64,000 nt of DNA from Candidatus Marinacidobacterales bacterium (GCA_965219415.1 CBDCNP010000002.1:2048001-2112000); one strand, 5' to 3'; shown: positions 21,570-32,594, counted from the stretch's first letter. Numbers and translations are program-made. Notes: generated by a model not told the origin, from the sequence alone.

Positions 21570-23450
21570 TTACCCCTCGTCTTCCTTAGCTGGCTTACCT
21601 GGCTCACTTGGCGACTCGGCCTTTTCATCACTGTCTTTCTCGGCAGCCTTGTCAAGCTCAGAGGGTTCCGACTCAGGAGGTTCTGCGGACAGCGCGGAGA
21701 TCGAAGCCCCGCTGAAGTTCGCGAAGTCCCCTAACGTCGCATTGGGTGAGCCGGAGCTCAAGGCCTGGGCTTCATACTCGGCGGGATCGATGTCCATGTC
21801 GACCGCCCGGATGGAGAGTCCGACCTTGCGCTCGCCTTCGCTCATCTTGATGATCTTCATGCGATGAGTCTCTCCCACTTCTAACTTGTCCTCCGGCTTC
21901 TCGACTCGTTCTTCGCCGAGCTCGGAAACATGGAGCAGGCCCTCGACCCCCTCCTCGATCTCCACGAAGGCACCGAAGTTGGTCAGACGCACGATGGTCC
22001 CTTCCACGATGTCCCCGACCCTGTGCCTCTGAACGAACTCCTCCCACACATCGGTCGCCAACTGCTTCAACCCGAGCGATAGGCGTTGATTGTCGGCATC
22101 GATGTTGAGGACTACCGCCTCGACTGTATCGCCTTTCTTCAGCACTTCCGACGGATGCTTGACCCGCTTGCTCCAAGAAAGGTCGGAAATATGAATCAAT
22201 CCGTCGATGCCCTCTTCCACTTCCACAAAGGCGCCGAAGTCGGTCAGGTTCCTGACTTTGCCCTCAATGCGTGCGTTCGGCTGGTACTTCTCGGCGAGAA
22301 GCTCCCAAGGGTTCGGCTCGACCTGCTTCAACCCGAGGCTGATGCGGCGCTCGTTCGGATCCACTTGCAGCACCATGGCCTCGACCGGATCTCCCACCGA
22401 GAGAACCTTGGAGGGATGCTTGACCCGTTTGCTCCAAGACATTTCGGAAACGTGGATGAGACCCTCGACACCGGGCTCAAGCTCGATGAAGGCGCCGTAG
22501 TCGGTAAGGCTGACCACTTTGCCTTTGACCCGTGCCCCAACCGAGAACCTCTCTGAGGCCGACTCCCATGGATCGGGGCTGAGCTGCTTGTAGCCTAACG
22601 AAACCCGCTCCGCCTCCCGATCGAACTTCAAAACTACGACCTCGACCTGATCGCCAACATTGAACAGCTCCGAGGGATGGTTGATACGACCGTACGACAT
22701 GTCGGTGATATGGAGGAGCCCGTCGATACCGCCGAGATCGATAAAGGCTCCGTAGTCCGTGAGGTTCTTGACCACGCCGCGAAAGACCCGCCCCGCTTCG
22801 AGCGCCTCGAGCGTCTTGCCCTTCCGATCGGACAGCTCCTCTTCCAAAACTACCTTGCGGGATAGAACGATGTTCCCCCGCTTCTTGTTGACCTTGATGA
22901 CCCGCATCCGGAGCTCTTGTCCCTTCAAACTCTCCAGGTTGCGGACCGGGCGCACATCCACTTGAGAGCCTGGCAGGAAGGCACGCACGCCGATGTCCAC
23001 CGCCAAACCGCCCTTGATTCGTTCGATCACTCGTCCGGTAACAACTTCCTTGCTCTGGTAAGCGGCCTCGATGACATCCCAAACTTTCATCTTCTCCGCT
23101 TTTTCGCGGCTGAGGACCAGATAACCTTCCTTGTCCTCCGCTTTTTCGAGAAGGACCTCTACATCGTCACCCACTTTGACGGTGAGATTACCGAACTCAT
23201 CCTGAAATTCTTCTACACGTATGAGACCTTCGGACTTGTATCCGACGTCCACCACGACTTCATTAGGCGAGATCTGGAGAACTTTACCCTTAACGACCTC
23301 GCCTTCTGCAATATTGCTGTTGTATTGATCGAGGAGCTTCTCGTACTCCTCCATAGGCATGGCTTCTTCGGTCTGGCTTTCGAGCATTCCTGGATCTGCT
23401 ATGCTCCCTCCTTCTATTACACTCTTCTCGATGTCGTTGGCTTCAGGCAT
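21570..23450 (-). CDS. rpsA: 30S ribosomal protein S1
   Basis: Six S1 repeats (DYGAFIDLGGIDGLLHITD, GVEGLIHVSEMSW etc.). Confidence 0.97.
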   Translation of the reverse strand: MPEANDIEKSVIEGGSIADPGMLESQTEEAMPMEEYEKLLDQYNSNIAEGEVVKGKVLQISPNEVVVDVGYKSEGLIRVEEFQDEFGNLTVKVGDDVEVLLEKAEDKEGYLVLSREKAEKMKVWDVIEAAYQSKEVVTGRVIERIKGGLAVDIGVRAFLPGSQVDVRPVRNLESLKGQELRMRVIKVNKKRGNIVLSRKVVLEEELSDRKGKTLEALEAGRVFRGVVKNLTDYGAFIDLGGIDGLLHITDMSYGRINHPSELFNVGDQVEVVVLKFDREAERVSLGYKQLSPDPWESASERFSVGARVKGKVVSLTDYGAFIELEPGVEGLIHVSEMSWSKRVKHPSKVLSVGDPVEAMVLQVDPNERRISLGLKQVEPNPWELLAEKYQPNARIEGKVRNLTDFGAFVEVEEGIDGLIHISDLSWSKRVKHPSEVLKKGDTVEAVVLNIDADNQRLSLGLKQLATDVWEEFVQRHRVGDIVEGTIVRLTNFGAFVEIEEGVEGLLHVSELGEERVEKPEDKLEVGETHRMKIIKMSEGERKVGLSIRAVDMDIDPAEYEAQALSSGSPNATLGDFANFSGASISALSAEPPESEPSELDKAAEKDSDEKAESPSEPGKPAKEDEG

Positions 23451-23555
23451 TAAAGTTTGTTACCTCCCTGCGGATTTTTCGTGTGGCGATCGAGTAAGAC
23501 TGGAAGGGCTACGGACAGTGGCTCGCTTCGCCGGTGCGGTTTCCCGCAAGCCGTT

Positions 23556-23584
23556 ATCCTACTCTATTTTACGGGCTTGGTCAA
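23556..23584 (-). promoter_or_regulatory. Putative sigma70 promoter of rpsA
   Basis: TTGACC-17 bp-TAGGAT on the minus strand. Confidence 0.55.
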
Positions 23585-23620
23585 GGCCTGGTCAAAGCCT
23601 ATTAGGGGCTTGTACAAGTG

Positions 23621-24289
23621 TCAATCCTTAATCCGGGCCCGGGCCGCAAGCTCCAGCCGAGTGAGCGTCTCCTCGGGGCTCAGGCCGGTGGTATCGACTT
23701 CGATCGCGTCGATGGCCTTCACCAAAGGCGCATGTTCCCGAGCCCGGTCGACCCGATCCCGCTTGCGGAGCTCCTCGCTGACCCTCTTCTTGGTCACCCC
23801 CGGCTCATTGGCCCGCTCTCGGTACCGCCGGCCGGCCCGGACCGACTCCTCCGCTACCAAGAAGAACTTGACCCCAGCTTCCGGGAAAACCACGGTTCCT
23901 ATATCCCTGCCCTCCAAGACCACCCCCCCGTCCTGGCCGAGCCGCCTCCACAGATCCATGAGCGGCCCCCGAACCTCAGGAAAGACGGCGATCCGAGAAG
24001 CAGCCTCGGTGACGGCGGCCGTCCGGATCGCCTCGCTGACGTCTTCGCCATCGAGGAAAATCCTCTCGTTGTGTCCCCCCCCGAATCGTATTTCGCTCTC
24101 TCGGGCGATCTTGCCTAGGGATGGGGCGTCCTCAAGGCTGACTCCAATCTCCTGGGCTCTCAGCGCCACCGCCCGGAAAGTGGCGCCGGTGTCGAGATAG
24201 AAGTAGCCCAGGCGTTCGGCGAGGCCGCGAGCGGCGGTGCTCTTTCCCGCACCGGCGGGACCATCGATTGTAATGATGAGGCTACGCAT
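23621..24289 (-). CDS. cmk: Cytidylate kinase
   Basis: ITIDGPAGAGKST, YLDTGATFRA, VLEGRDIGTVVFP. Confidence 0.95.
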   Translation of the reverse strand: MRSLIITIDGPAGAGKSTAARGLAERLGYFYLDTGATFRAVALRAQEIGVSLEDAPSLGKIARESEIRFGGGHNERIFLDGEDVSEAIRTAAVTEAASRIAVFPEVRGPLMDLWRRLGQDGGVVLEGRDIGTVVFPEAGVKFFLVAEESVRAGRRYRERANEPGVTKKRVSEELRKRDRVDRAREHAPLVKAIDAIEVDTTGLSPEETLTRLELAARARIKD

Positions 24290-24385
24290 GATCGGAAATT
24301 TATCAGTGGCGCGGGGCCCCACCCCCACGCCTGGCGCTCGCTCTTCGCTCGCGCCAAAAAACACGGCCGCGTTCCCTTGCGCACC

Positions 24386-25267
24386 TCATTTCTTTTTCGC
24401 AATTCCTCGCGGCCGGCGGGCCTCCGGCCCGCTAGTGTTCGGTCGTTTCCGCCCTGCGGGCTCCGGCAAGGTTCGCGGCGAGAGAAGACCGGCAATCTCC
24501 CCCGGGGTCAAAAGGCGAAATGCTCCGGGCGCAAGGCCCTTATCGTCGAGAAACCCGACCTTCTCACGGTGCAGCTCGATGACCGGATGGCCGAGCGATT
24601 TGAACAGTCGCCAGATCTCCCGGTAACGCCCTTCTGATAGAACGACACGGAGCCGTGACTTTTGGGTGTCTTTGGCGCTCTTTCCCTCGCGTGTGCCCTG
24701 CTTCCCTCTCTTCAAACGCGTCCGGGGTTTGGTCCCGCGACTTTTCTTGGCCTCCGGGAGTTTTCTGACCGACGCGACCCTCAAACGCTGTCCTTCGACC
24801 CGGACGCCCCTCTTGGCGCGCTCGAGGGTGACTTCGCTGGGGGTTCCCCAGACAGTGACGGCGTACGTCTTGCTGAGGCCGTAGCGAGGATGGGCCACGC
24901 GCTGCGCGAAGTCACCATCGTCAGTGAGGATTAGTAACCCGGAAGTAGCCATGTCCAGCCGGCCCACCGGAAAAAGCGAACGCAGCGAGATCGGTAGGAG
25001 CTGCATCACGGTCCGGCGTCGACGTGGGTCCGATCTCGTGGTCAAGTAACCGACCGGTTTGTTCAACAACAGATATCGACGAGGCCGACCGGGTCGAACG
25101 CGCACCCCGTCGACGCGAATGTCATCCCGGGACGGATCTACTTTCCGGCCGGCTTGGGTCACCACCTCCCCGCCTACTTTCACGCGTCCATCGGCGATCA
25201 TTTGCTCGGCCTGGCGGCGAGAGGAGAGCCCGGAACGGGCAATAGTTTTCTGAAGACGTTCTTCCAT
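24386..25267 (-). CDS. rluB: rRNA pseudouridine synthase (RluB/RsuA family)
   Basis: S4 domain ERLQKTIARSGLSSRRQAE, LNKPVG, VGRLDMATSGL; follows scpB. Confidence 0.88.
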   Translation of the reverse strand: MEERLQKTIARSGLSSRRQAEQMIADGRVKVGGEVVTQAGRKVDPSRDDIRVDGVRVRPGRPRRYLLLNKPVGYLTTRSDPRRRRTVMQLLPISLRSLFPVGRLDMATSGLLILTDDGDFAQRVAHPRYGLSKTYAVTVWGTPSEVTLERAKRGVRVEGQRLRVASVRKLPEAKKSRGTKPRTRLKRGKQGTREGKSAKDTQKSRLRVVLSEGRYREIWRLFKSLGHPVIELHREKVGFLDDKGLAPGAFRLLTPGEIAGLLSPRTLPEPAGRKRPNTSGPEARRPRGIAKKK

Positions 25268-25311
25268 GGTCGAATGATTGCCTGACCGATCGTCGCGGGG
25301 CGGAACCGAAT

Positions 25312-26049
25312 TCAGCTTCCTTGGGGGCTTTCGTTCTCTACGTCTTCCGCTGCGGCCCCATCGGGCTCCGCGGGTGGGGCCGTTTCGTCTTGTAGTTGAC
25401 CGCTGTCGAGCTCGACCGTTTCTTTCATCGCCTCTCCAAGTTGGGAAGCGATTTCCTCGCCGAACACTTCTGCCATGTCTTCCAGGTTCGGAAGGTCATC
25501 GAGACTCTTGAGCCCGAAGCGGATTTGAAACTCTTTCGTCGTGCCATAAAGTAGAGGGCGTCCGACGACCTTCTTGCGACCCAAGATGCGAACGAGCTTC
25601 TTTTCGAGCAAAGTGCGAACCACTCCTGCAGAATGAAGGCCGCGCAGCGCCATGATCTCCGGAACTGTTATCGGCTGTCGGTACCCGATGACGGCGAGTG
25701 TCTCGAGGGCTTGTATCGATAGCCTCGAGGGAGGCTTGGATGAAAACAGCCGGGTTATCTTGTCGTGATACTCGGGGCGGGTCGTGATCTGGTAGCCACC
25801 GGCCACTTGTACTATTTGAAGCCCGCGGCCGGGGCTCTGGTATTGCTCGAGGAGCTCCTGCACCTGTTTCTTGATGTTTTCTCGCGAGGCATCCGGCAGG
25901 GCCTTCGCGAGATCCTTCAAGGCGAGTGGTTCCTCAGCCGCATAAAGAAGCGCCTCGATGCTGGCTCTTATTTCTTCCGCTGGAAGCTCACGGGTCGGAG
26001 ATTCGATCGACGCTTCTTCAGCGGGCGTAGGCTCGAGGTGTTCGGTCAC
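25312..26049 (-). CDS. scpB: SMC-Scp complex subunit ScpB
   Basis: VAGGYQITT, ALETLAVIGYRQPIT, GRPLLYGTT. Confidence 0.95.
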   Translation of the reverse strand: MTEHLEPTPAEEASIESPTRELPAEEIRASIEALLYAAEEPLALKDLAKALPDASRENIKKQVQELLEQYQSPGRGLQIVQVAGGYQITTRPEYHDKITRLFSSKPPSRLSIQALETLAVIGYRQPITVPEIMALRGLHSAGVVRTLLEKKLVRILGRKKVVGRPLLYGTTKEFQIRFGLKSLDDLPNLEDMAEVFGEEIASQLGEAMKETVELDSGQLQDETAPPAEPDGAAAEDVENESPQGS

Positions 26050-27062
26050 TCTGTTTGACTCCCGTCGGTGGGGTCGGGTGGGTGGACATTCGGTTCAGGC
26101 GGTTCAGGCAGTTCAGGCGGTTCGATGGGCTCAGATGTCTCAGACGGTGGGTCGGCCCCTACGGCATCGACGGGCTCGATTCGTTCAGAAGGCTCAGTAA
26201 GCTCAAAAGTTTCACCCGCTTCTTCGGGCTCTACAGGTTCTACAGGCGCCGTCTCCGGAGGAACCGTCGCATCTGGCCGCGAGACGTGAATCGGCTCAAA
26301 GGCCTTCGTTTGGTAGACCCTAAGAACCCGCAGTCTAACCAGCTCCAAAAGGGCAAGAAACGTCACGATAAGGAGCGCGCGGGTGGTGACATCTTCGAAC
26401 AGCTGCTCGAAGGAGATGTTCATACCCGGTGCGACTTTCACGCTGAGGATTTGAATCATCTCTTCTACGGTGACCGTCTGCCGTTCGAACTTGATGTCTT
26501 TACGCTGCCTGATGCGCTCGAGCACGGAGCGGAAAGCGGTAAGCAGTTGAAAGAGATCGACGTCGACGAGCTCCTCCTGAGCTTGAGCATCGGCTTCGAG
26601 CAGCGGCGCAACTGCCGTCTCGGACCGAAGCCACATGGCACTTCGCAGGGTCTGCCGTTCGTAGAGCATTTGAGCGGCTTCCTTGTAACGCTGGTACTCG
26701 AGAAGCCTCGCCACCAGCTCATCCCGCGGGTCTCCCAGCTCGTCCTCGACTCCGTCTTCGTGCGGCGGGGGAAGAAGCATCTTGGACTTGATGTGGATCA
26801 AAGTGGCGGCCATGAACACGAAATCCCCCGCGATGTTGAGATTCAGCTCCTCCATGATTTCCAAGGTCTCGAGATACTGCCGCGTGATGGAGGCGATAGG
26901 GATGTCGTAGATATCGAATTCGTTCTTTCGGATTAGGTGCAGGAGCAGATCGAGGGGACCGTCGAAGTCAGAGAGCTTCACGTGATAACGAGGCTCGGCG
27001 TTCTCTTCGTCGGAGGGAGGGCCGAGATAAAGCTCCGCGGTATTCTTAGACTCTTCGATCAT
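26046..27062 (-). CDS. scpA: Segregation and condensation protein ScpA
   Basis: FDGPLDLLLHLI, MAATLIHIKSKMLLP, TFLALLEL; acidic Pro-rich tail. Confidence 0.95.
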   Translation of the reverse strand: MIEESKNTAELYLGPPSDEENAEPRYHVKLSDFDGPLDLLLHLIRKNEFDIYDIPIASITRQYLETLEIMEELNLNIAGDFVFMAATLIHIKSKMLLPPPHEDGVEDELGDPRDELVARLLEYQRYKEAAQMLYERQTLRSAMWLRSETAVAPLLEADAQAQEELVDVDLFQLLTAFRSVLERIRQRKDIKFERQTVTVEEMIQILSVKVAPGMNISFEQLFEDVTTRALLIVTFLALLELVRLRVLRVYQTKAFEPIHVSRPDATVPPETAPVEPVEPEEAGETFELTEPSERIEPVDAVGADPPSETSEPIEPPELPEPPEPNVHPPDPTDGSQTE

Positions 27063-28045
27063 GGCAGTTTCACCGCGCCACGGACTTCTCTCATTGTTTC
27101 CCGCGCCACTTTTCGAGCCTTCTCCGCTCCCTCATCCAGGATATTCCAAATTTTGTCGGGACTCGACTCGAGCTCCTTGCGTTTTTCGAGGAACGGTTTC
27201 ATCCGCGTCACCAAATGATCGGCCAGCGCTCCCTTGCAATCGATGCAGCCGATGCCGGCAGTCCGGCAACCTTCGGTCGCCCATGCTCTCGTCTTATCAT
27301 CAGAAAAAACCTTGTGCAGATCGAAGACCGGACAGATGTCGGGGTTGCCCGGATCGGTGCGGCGTTTGCGGGCCGGATCGGTCATCATCGTGCGCAGCTT
27401 CTCCCGAATCGCCGGCTCGTCGTCGGACAGATTGATGGTGTTGTTGTAGCTCTTCGACATCTTCCGCCCATCGGTTCCCGGAAGCTTCGGAGTCGGTGTC
27501 AACTTGGTCTGCGGCTCCGGGAAGACCGGTCCATAGAAGTTGTTGAAGCGGCGGGCTATCTCTCGGGTCAGCTCGACGTGCGCTTGTTGATCGGCCCCCA
27601 CTGGGACGACTTCCGCCTTGTACATGAGAATGTCCGCGGTCTGTAGGACCGGGTATCCCAGGAACCCGTAGGTGTGTAGATCTTTTTCCGCGATTTGTTC
27701 CATCTGTTCTTTGTAAGTCGGCACACGCTCCAGCCAAGGAAGAGGAACGATCATCGAGAGCAACACGTGCAACTCGGCGTGCTCCGGCACGTGAGACTGA
27801 ATGAAAAGCGCCGAGCGTTCGGGATCGAGCCCCGCGCAAAGCCAATCCACCACCACTTCCAACGTGTACTCCTTGATCTTGCTGGTGTCCGCATAATCGG
27901 TGGTCAAGGCGTGCCAGTCCACGATGCAGTAGTAAGTCTCGTACTCGTCTTGCATCGCCGCCCAGTTCTCGAGCGCCCCAACCAGGTGCCCCAAATGAAG
28001 CCCGCCGGTGGGTCTCATGCCGGACAGAACGCGTTTACGGCCCAT
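27059..28045 (-). CDS. trpS: Tryptophan--tRNA ligase
   Basis: SGMRPTGGLHLGH, YPVLQTADIL, VPVGADQ, KMSKS. Confidence 0.97.
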   Translation of the reverse strand: MGRKRVLSGMRPTGGLHLGHLVGALENWAAMQDEYETYYCIVDWHALTTDYADTSKIKEYTLEVVVDWLCAGLDPERSALFIQSHVPEHAELHVLLSMIVPLPWLERVPTYKEQMEQIAEKDLHTYGFLGYPVLQTADILMYKAEVVPVGADQQAHVELTREIARRFNNFYGPVFPEPQTKLTPTPKLPGTDGRKMSKSYNNTINLSDDEPAIREKLRTMMTDPARKRRTDPGNPDICPVFDLHKVFSDDKTRAWATEGCRTAGIGCIDCKGALADHLVTRMKPFLEKRKELESSPDKIWNILDEGAEKARKVARETMREVRGAVKLP

Positions 28046-28048
28046 GCT

Positions 28049-28687
28049 TCACGCTACCAAGTCGCGGAGGAAAAACACCACCGGCCAAACGATGACCCTC
28101 ACGATGAACCCCAGGGCACCCGTTATGAACAGACCGATTAGAATCAAGAAGCCGTATGGTTCCATGTACTTGTCGTAGAGATCACCCCACTTCCGGGGAA
28201 GCCCCCAGGAGGCGATCCAGGATCCGTCGAGGGGCGGTACCGGGAGCAGATTGAAGACGCCCAAGAGAACGTTCACCCAAATGCCGGTCCAGCTGATGAG
28301 AACCAAAGGGTTGTCCGGCGCTACGACACGAACCGCCAATCCGTACAAGAGCGTGAACAGCAGAGCGAGCAGAAAGTTGCTCACCGGCCCAGCTCCCGAA
28401 GTCGAAATCTGCCCCCACCGGAAGTCACGGAAGTTGCGCGGTTGCACTGGTGTCGGCTTCGCCCAACCAAAGAACACACCCCCCATGAACAGACCCATCA
28501 ATGGGAACAGCACGGTGCCAATGGGGTCAATGTGGACGATAGGATTCAACGAGATGCGCCCCTCGCGCAACGCGGTGTCGTCGCCTTGCTGGAGGGCTGC
28601 CCACGCGTGGGCGCTTTCGTGGACACTTAAAGAGAAAAGGAGCACCAAATAGCGGATGAGGATACTCAGAATCTCTTGGGGCTCCAA
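28049..28687 (-). CDS. Site-2 protease family (M50) membrane metalloprotease
   Basis: HESAH, GWAKP, AGPVSN, FNLLPVPPLDG. Confidence 0.93.
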   Translation of the reverse strand: MEPQEILSILIRYLVLLFSLSVHESAHAWAALQQGDDTALREGRISLNPIVHIDPIGTVLFPLMGLFMGGVFFGWAKPTPVQPRNFRDFRWGQISTSGAGPVSNFLLALLFTLLYGLAVRVVAPDNPLVLISWTGIWVNVLLGVFNLLPVPPLDGSWIASWGLPRKWGDLYDKYMEPYGFLILIGLFITGALGFIVRVIVWPVVFFLRDLVA

Positions 28688-28741
28688 CGGATCTCGATTC
28701 CTCCCAGGCTAGGCTATTCCTCACACTCTGCAGTCGGCGGC

Positions 28742-28770
28742 ATGCTAACACAGGGCGATCGGGCGGTCAA
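28742..28770 (-). promoter_or_regulatory. Putative sigma70 promoter of the M50-trpS-scpAB operon
   Basis: TTGACC-17 bp-TAGCAT on the minus strand. Confidence 0.5.
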
Positions 28771-28829
28771 CTTCAGATAAATAAAGGATTTAATCCGCCG
28801 CGGTGGGATAAGTGAGTCGGCGGGTTGAC

Positions 28830-30653
28830 TCAGCCCATTTCGGCGAGATGCTGATGGACCCGCTCCGCCAAACGCGGGCCGACGACGTCGGAGAGCTCCT
28901 CGACCGTCGCTTCTTTCACACGTTTGAGGCTCTTGAAGCGATCCAAGAGGAGCTTCCTCTTGCGCGGCCCGATGCCTTGAATGTCGTCTAACTTGGAGTG
29001 AAAGTTGCGGGTGGCCCTTCTTTGGCGATGAAATGTGATCGCGAAGCGGTGCGCCTCGTCTCGAACCCGCTGCACCAGTTGGAGCGTCGGAGACCTCTTC
29101 GGAAGCACGATGGGCTCCGGGCGGCCATTCTGGAAGAGCACTTCCTCTTTCTTGGCAATGCTCACCAGGGGCAAATGGGACAGGCCGAGCTCGGTCAGAG
29201 ATGTGAGGGCCGCCGCGAGCTGCCCCTTGCCACCGTCGATCAGTATCAGATCGGGCTGCTCTGTGCCTTCCTCGAGGACGCGGCGATAACGTCTCAAGAC
29301 GACTTCGCGCATCGATGCAAAGTCATCGGGTCCATCGGCTACGGTCTTGATCTTGTATTTGCGATGTTCGCTGGGCTTAGCCTGTCCATCTTCGAAGACC
29401 ACCATCGAGGCCACGATGTCACTACCCTGAATGTTGGAAATGTCGAATCCCTCGATGCGCCGAGGCTCGTCGGGCAGATCCAGGAGCTTGCGCAAAGCCT
29501 CGAGACGGGAGGCGGCCTGGCGACCCTCCTCCTGGTTGGCCAGCTCGAATGCCAGGCGTGCGTTTCGACAGACCAAATCCACCATGCGTCGCTTACCGCC
29601 GCGCTGTGGCACCGCGATCTCCACCCGACTTTCCCGTCGACTCGTGAGCCACTCCTGAACCAGCCTCCGCTCGGGAAAGTCGAGGGGCACGTGAACCTCC
29701 GCGGGTAGATATCGCCCCAGCTCGTAGTACTGTTTTAAGGACGCGCTCAGGACATCCGTGTCTTCCAGCGCTTCGAGCTTATCCAAAACGAAACTGTCGC
29801 GATCCACGACCTTCCCCGAGCGCATCGAGAAAACCTGGAGTACCGCTTGGTCTCCTTCGCGGTAGTAGCCGAAGATGTCCCTCTCTTCTCCACGCACCGT
29901 CGCCATCTTTTGGCGGGTGCTGAGATCCTCGAGCGTTCGCACCGTGTCCCGCAACCGAGCCGCCTCTTCGAATCGCTCTTCCCCTGCGGCGCGATGCATC
30001 TGTTTCTTGAGCGAAGCGACGAGGTCGTCATTCTTGCCCTCCAGGAAGAGGCGGGCGCTCTCTACGGTTTTCTTGTACTCCTCTAGGGTAGCGATGCTCT
30101 CGACGCAGGGCGCCACGCACCGCCTGATCTGATACTGAAGGCACGGTCGCGGACGGTGACCGTCCAGCTTTTCGTTGCAGTTTCGGATACCGAAGAGCCG
30201 ATGCACTAGGTTCTGCGTCTTTCGTGCGAGACTCGCCGGAACATAGGGACCGGAGTAAACCTCGCCATCAGTGCCCGGGCGCCGGACGACGTATATCCGG
30301 GGGTAGTCCTCCCCCACCGTCAGTTTCAGATAGGGATGGTTCTTATCGTCTCGGAGTAGAACGTTGTATCGCGGCTTGTGGGTCTTGATGAGGTTATTCT
30401 CGAGGACCAACGCCTCCCGCTCGGTGTCGGTGGCCACGACTTCGAGATCCCGGATGGATTCGATGAGTCGATCGAGCCGGGGGCTATCGATGCGGGAGCC
30501 TTGGAAGTAAGAGCGAACCCGATCCTTCAAGGAGCGCGCCTTGCCCACATATAGGATCTGGCCGCCCCGGCCGCGGAAGAGATAGACGCCCGGCGTCGAA
30601 GGAAGCTCGGTCAGTTTTTGTGCGAGTACCTCGTCCATCGTCTCCGGGAACAT
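28830..30653 (-). CDS. uvrC: Excinuclease ABC subunit C
   Basis: GIY-YIG domain PGVYLF/YVGKA, UVR motif, IEGFDISN, DLILIDGGKGQL, RDEAHRFA, HhH GIGP. Confidence 0.97.
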   Translation of the reverse strand: MFPETMDEVLAQKLTELPSTPGVYLFRGRGGQILYVGKARSLKDRVRSYFQGSRIDSPRLDRLIESIRDLEVVATDTEREALVLENNLIKTHKPRYNVLLRDDKNHPYLKLTVGEDYPRIYVVRRPGTDGEVYSGPYVPASLARKTQNLVHRLFGIRNCNEKLDGHRPRPCLQYQIRRCVAPCVESIATLEEYKKTVESARLFLEGKNDDLVASLKKQMHRAAGEERFEEAARLRDTVRTLEDLSTRQKMATVRGEERDIFGYYREGDQAVLQVFSMRSGKVVDRDSFVLDKLEALEDTDVLSASLKQYYELGRYLPAEVHVPLDFPERRLVQEWLTSRRESRVEIAVPQRGGKRRMVDLVCRNARLAFELANQEEGRQAASRLEALRKLLDLPDEPRRIEGFDISNIQGSDIVASMVVFEDGQAKPSEHRKYKIKTVADGPDDFASMREVVLRRYRRVLEEGTEQPDLILIDGGKGQLAAALTSLTELGLSHLPLVSIAKKEEVLFQNGRPEPIVLPKRSPTLQLVQRVRDEAHRFAITFHRQRRATRNFHSKLDDIQGIGPRKRKLLLDRFKSLKRVKEATVEELSDVVGPRLAERVHQHLAEMG

Positions 30654-30704
30654 CCAAATTATACCAAGGGCCAGAGGCTTCGGCCCGCGCTCCCCTAATC
30701 GAGA

Positions 30705-32080
30705 CTAGGATCGGTTTCTGAGTAGCTTGATCGAGAGGATCCACTCCCAGGAGCTACGATCCCCGAACCAAGCGCGTGCGATCCCGGTGGAAAGTGTCGA
30801 CTCGAGATTGGACCAGTGCTTGAAGACGAGATTCACCTGCGCACCCAGGTTACGTCCGAGCGAGCCCGGTCTCTCATCAAGGATCAGGCCCTGGGCAAAC
30901 CGCGACGCGTCGATGTGGCTCAGGAAATGGCTTCCCACCCGGGCTCCTGGGAAACGAATGGGCCGGCAGGTTGTGCTCGACCATGACCTTGGCGAAGCCG
31001 CCGGCGGGCATGCTGTAGATCGGAGCGCCCGGGAATCGAAAGGGGTCGCGGAACTGTTTGACGTTCTTGTTCTCCGACGAACAGGTTCCCGAAGCCACCG
31101 AAGTAAAACTGGCCGAGAACCTCATCCTCGGGAGCGTTGGTGTATCCGCCCGCGATCTGGAGGTGCAGCACGTTATGAGGGCGGGCCACCGTCCAATACC
31201 AGTTCCAATCCGCGTTAACGCCTCCCACGATCTGGGAGCTAAGGCCCAGGGCGGTCAGGGTCGTGGTCCATTCGGTCCCACTCTCGTTGTCCACGCCGCC
31301 GATCGCTCGCCGTACATTGTGTGAATTGAGACTTGTTTCGAATGACAGAAATTCTGACGTTGAAACCGGTACGAGTGAAATCCGCTGATCACCGGCATGA
31401 GTGAATTGACTTGTAGTCGGGAGGTCCCGTCGTAGGGCCTGGCTTCCGCGCCGGTTGCCGTCGGGCCCGGCTCGTCCGACTCGAGCGTGAGCGCCCAAAT
31501 CGCGAGCTCGGGGTTCCGATCCAACACTGTTTGTCCGTAGTACTCGATGGCGGGTACTCGGCCGACCGGTTCATTAGAGATGAGCACCGAGTGAAACCCT
31601 CGGCGCCGAACTCGAAGGCGAACAATGTCTCCGCATCGACGTAGATGGGACGAAACAGGCCTCGCAAGGTGTTCGAAAGGGCCTCCACAGTGCCTTCATC
31701 GGACCGGTAGCGGTAGACGTTGGAAACGCCGTTAGTGTAGGCGCTCCAGTAGAGGGTCGTTTCATCCGGGCTCCACGAAGGGAACTCCGGAGACCCTTCA
31801 GCGGCAATAACTTGGTAACTGAAGCGGCCCGTCTCTTTCATCTGCTCGACGTCCGAGACGACGATCGCCTGACGGCCCGTGGACTGGTGAAGCGTAGCCG
31901 CCACGAATCGCCCGGATTGGCTGATTGCCAAGTGCTGAATGGTGTCCCCGTAATTGAACGCCACGGCAGTTCGAATTGTGTCGTAGGGATGCTCCGAGTA
32001 AACCAGGCTTGCGCGACCCCCGGAATGCCGCACGCTCCAAAGCTCCTGCGTCTTGGGCGACACGGTGAGTTGTCCGAGCC
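30705..32080 (-). pseudogene. Fragment of a PD40/TolB-type beta-propeller plus outer-membrane barrel protein
   Basis: PSWSPDETTLYWSAYTNGVSNVY propeller repeat, then FYFGGFGN and terminal beta strands, in about five frames; no N-terminus. Confidence 0.55.
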
Positions 32081-32082
32081 GA

Positions 32083-32412
32083 GGCCACTATCTCTCGGGC
32101 TTTTACGTCCACCGCGAGATGCACGCTTTGAGCCGGGCGGGACTGCCTAACCCGGCGGTGATCCGAATCGCGACCGCGAACGGAGCCCGTGCCCTCGGCG
32201 TGGGTAGCCAGCTAGGAACGGTAGAGCCGGGCAAGCTAGCGGATTTGGTGGTGGTTAGAGGTAATCCCCTCGACGATATCCGGAATACGCGAAACGTGCG
32301 GCTTGTCATCAAGGCCGGGACCCCCCATGACCCCGTGAAGCTTCTGGCGTCGGTCGAGGGCACGATAGGGCCGATCGGCCCGGACGATGTCCGACGCTGG
32401 GTCCGATGGTAG
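32083..32412 (+). pseudogene. C-terminal fragment of an amidohydrolase family protein
   Basis: AVIRIATANGARALG...GTVEPGKLADLVVVRGNPL; N-terminal HxH metal-binding region absent. Confidence 0.75.
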
Positions 32413-32594
32413 CTCCCCCAGTTCGGACTTGATCCCCGACCCGATAATGATTTAAGAAGTAGTAACCGAGGGCGGAGGCATCGAGGCCTCACTCACCGAG
32501 AAAGCGATTTTCACGCGCCTGACTCCTCCGGCTCGCCCTTCCTTCGTCCTCGCCCTTTTGTTTGTCGTGTCGCCCATTTGGGAAAGGGGGTTTC

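Noticed and set aside
26090-26125. GGTTCAGGC-type short repeats
   Set aside because: Coding Pro/Glu repeats in the ScpA tail
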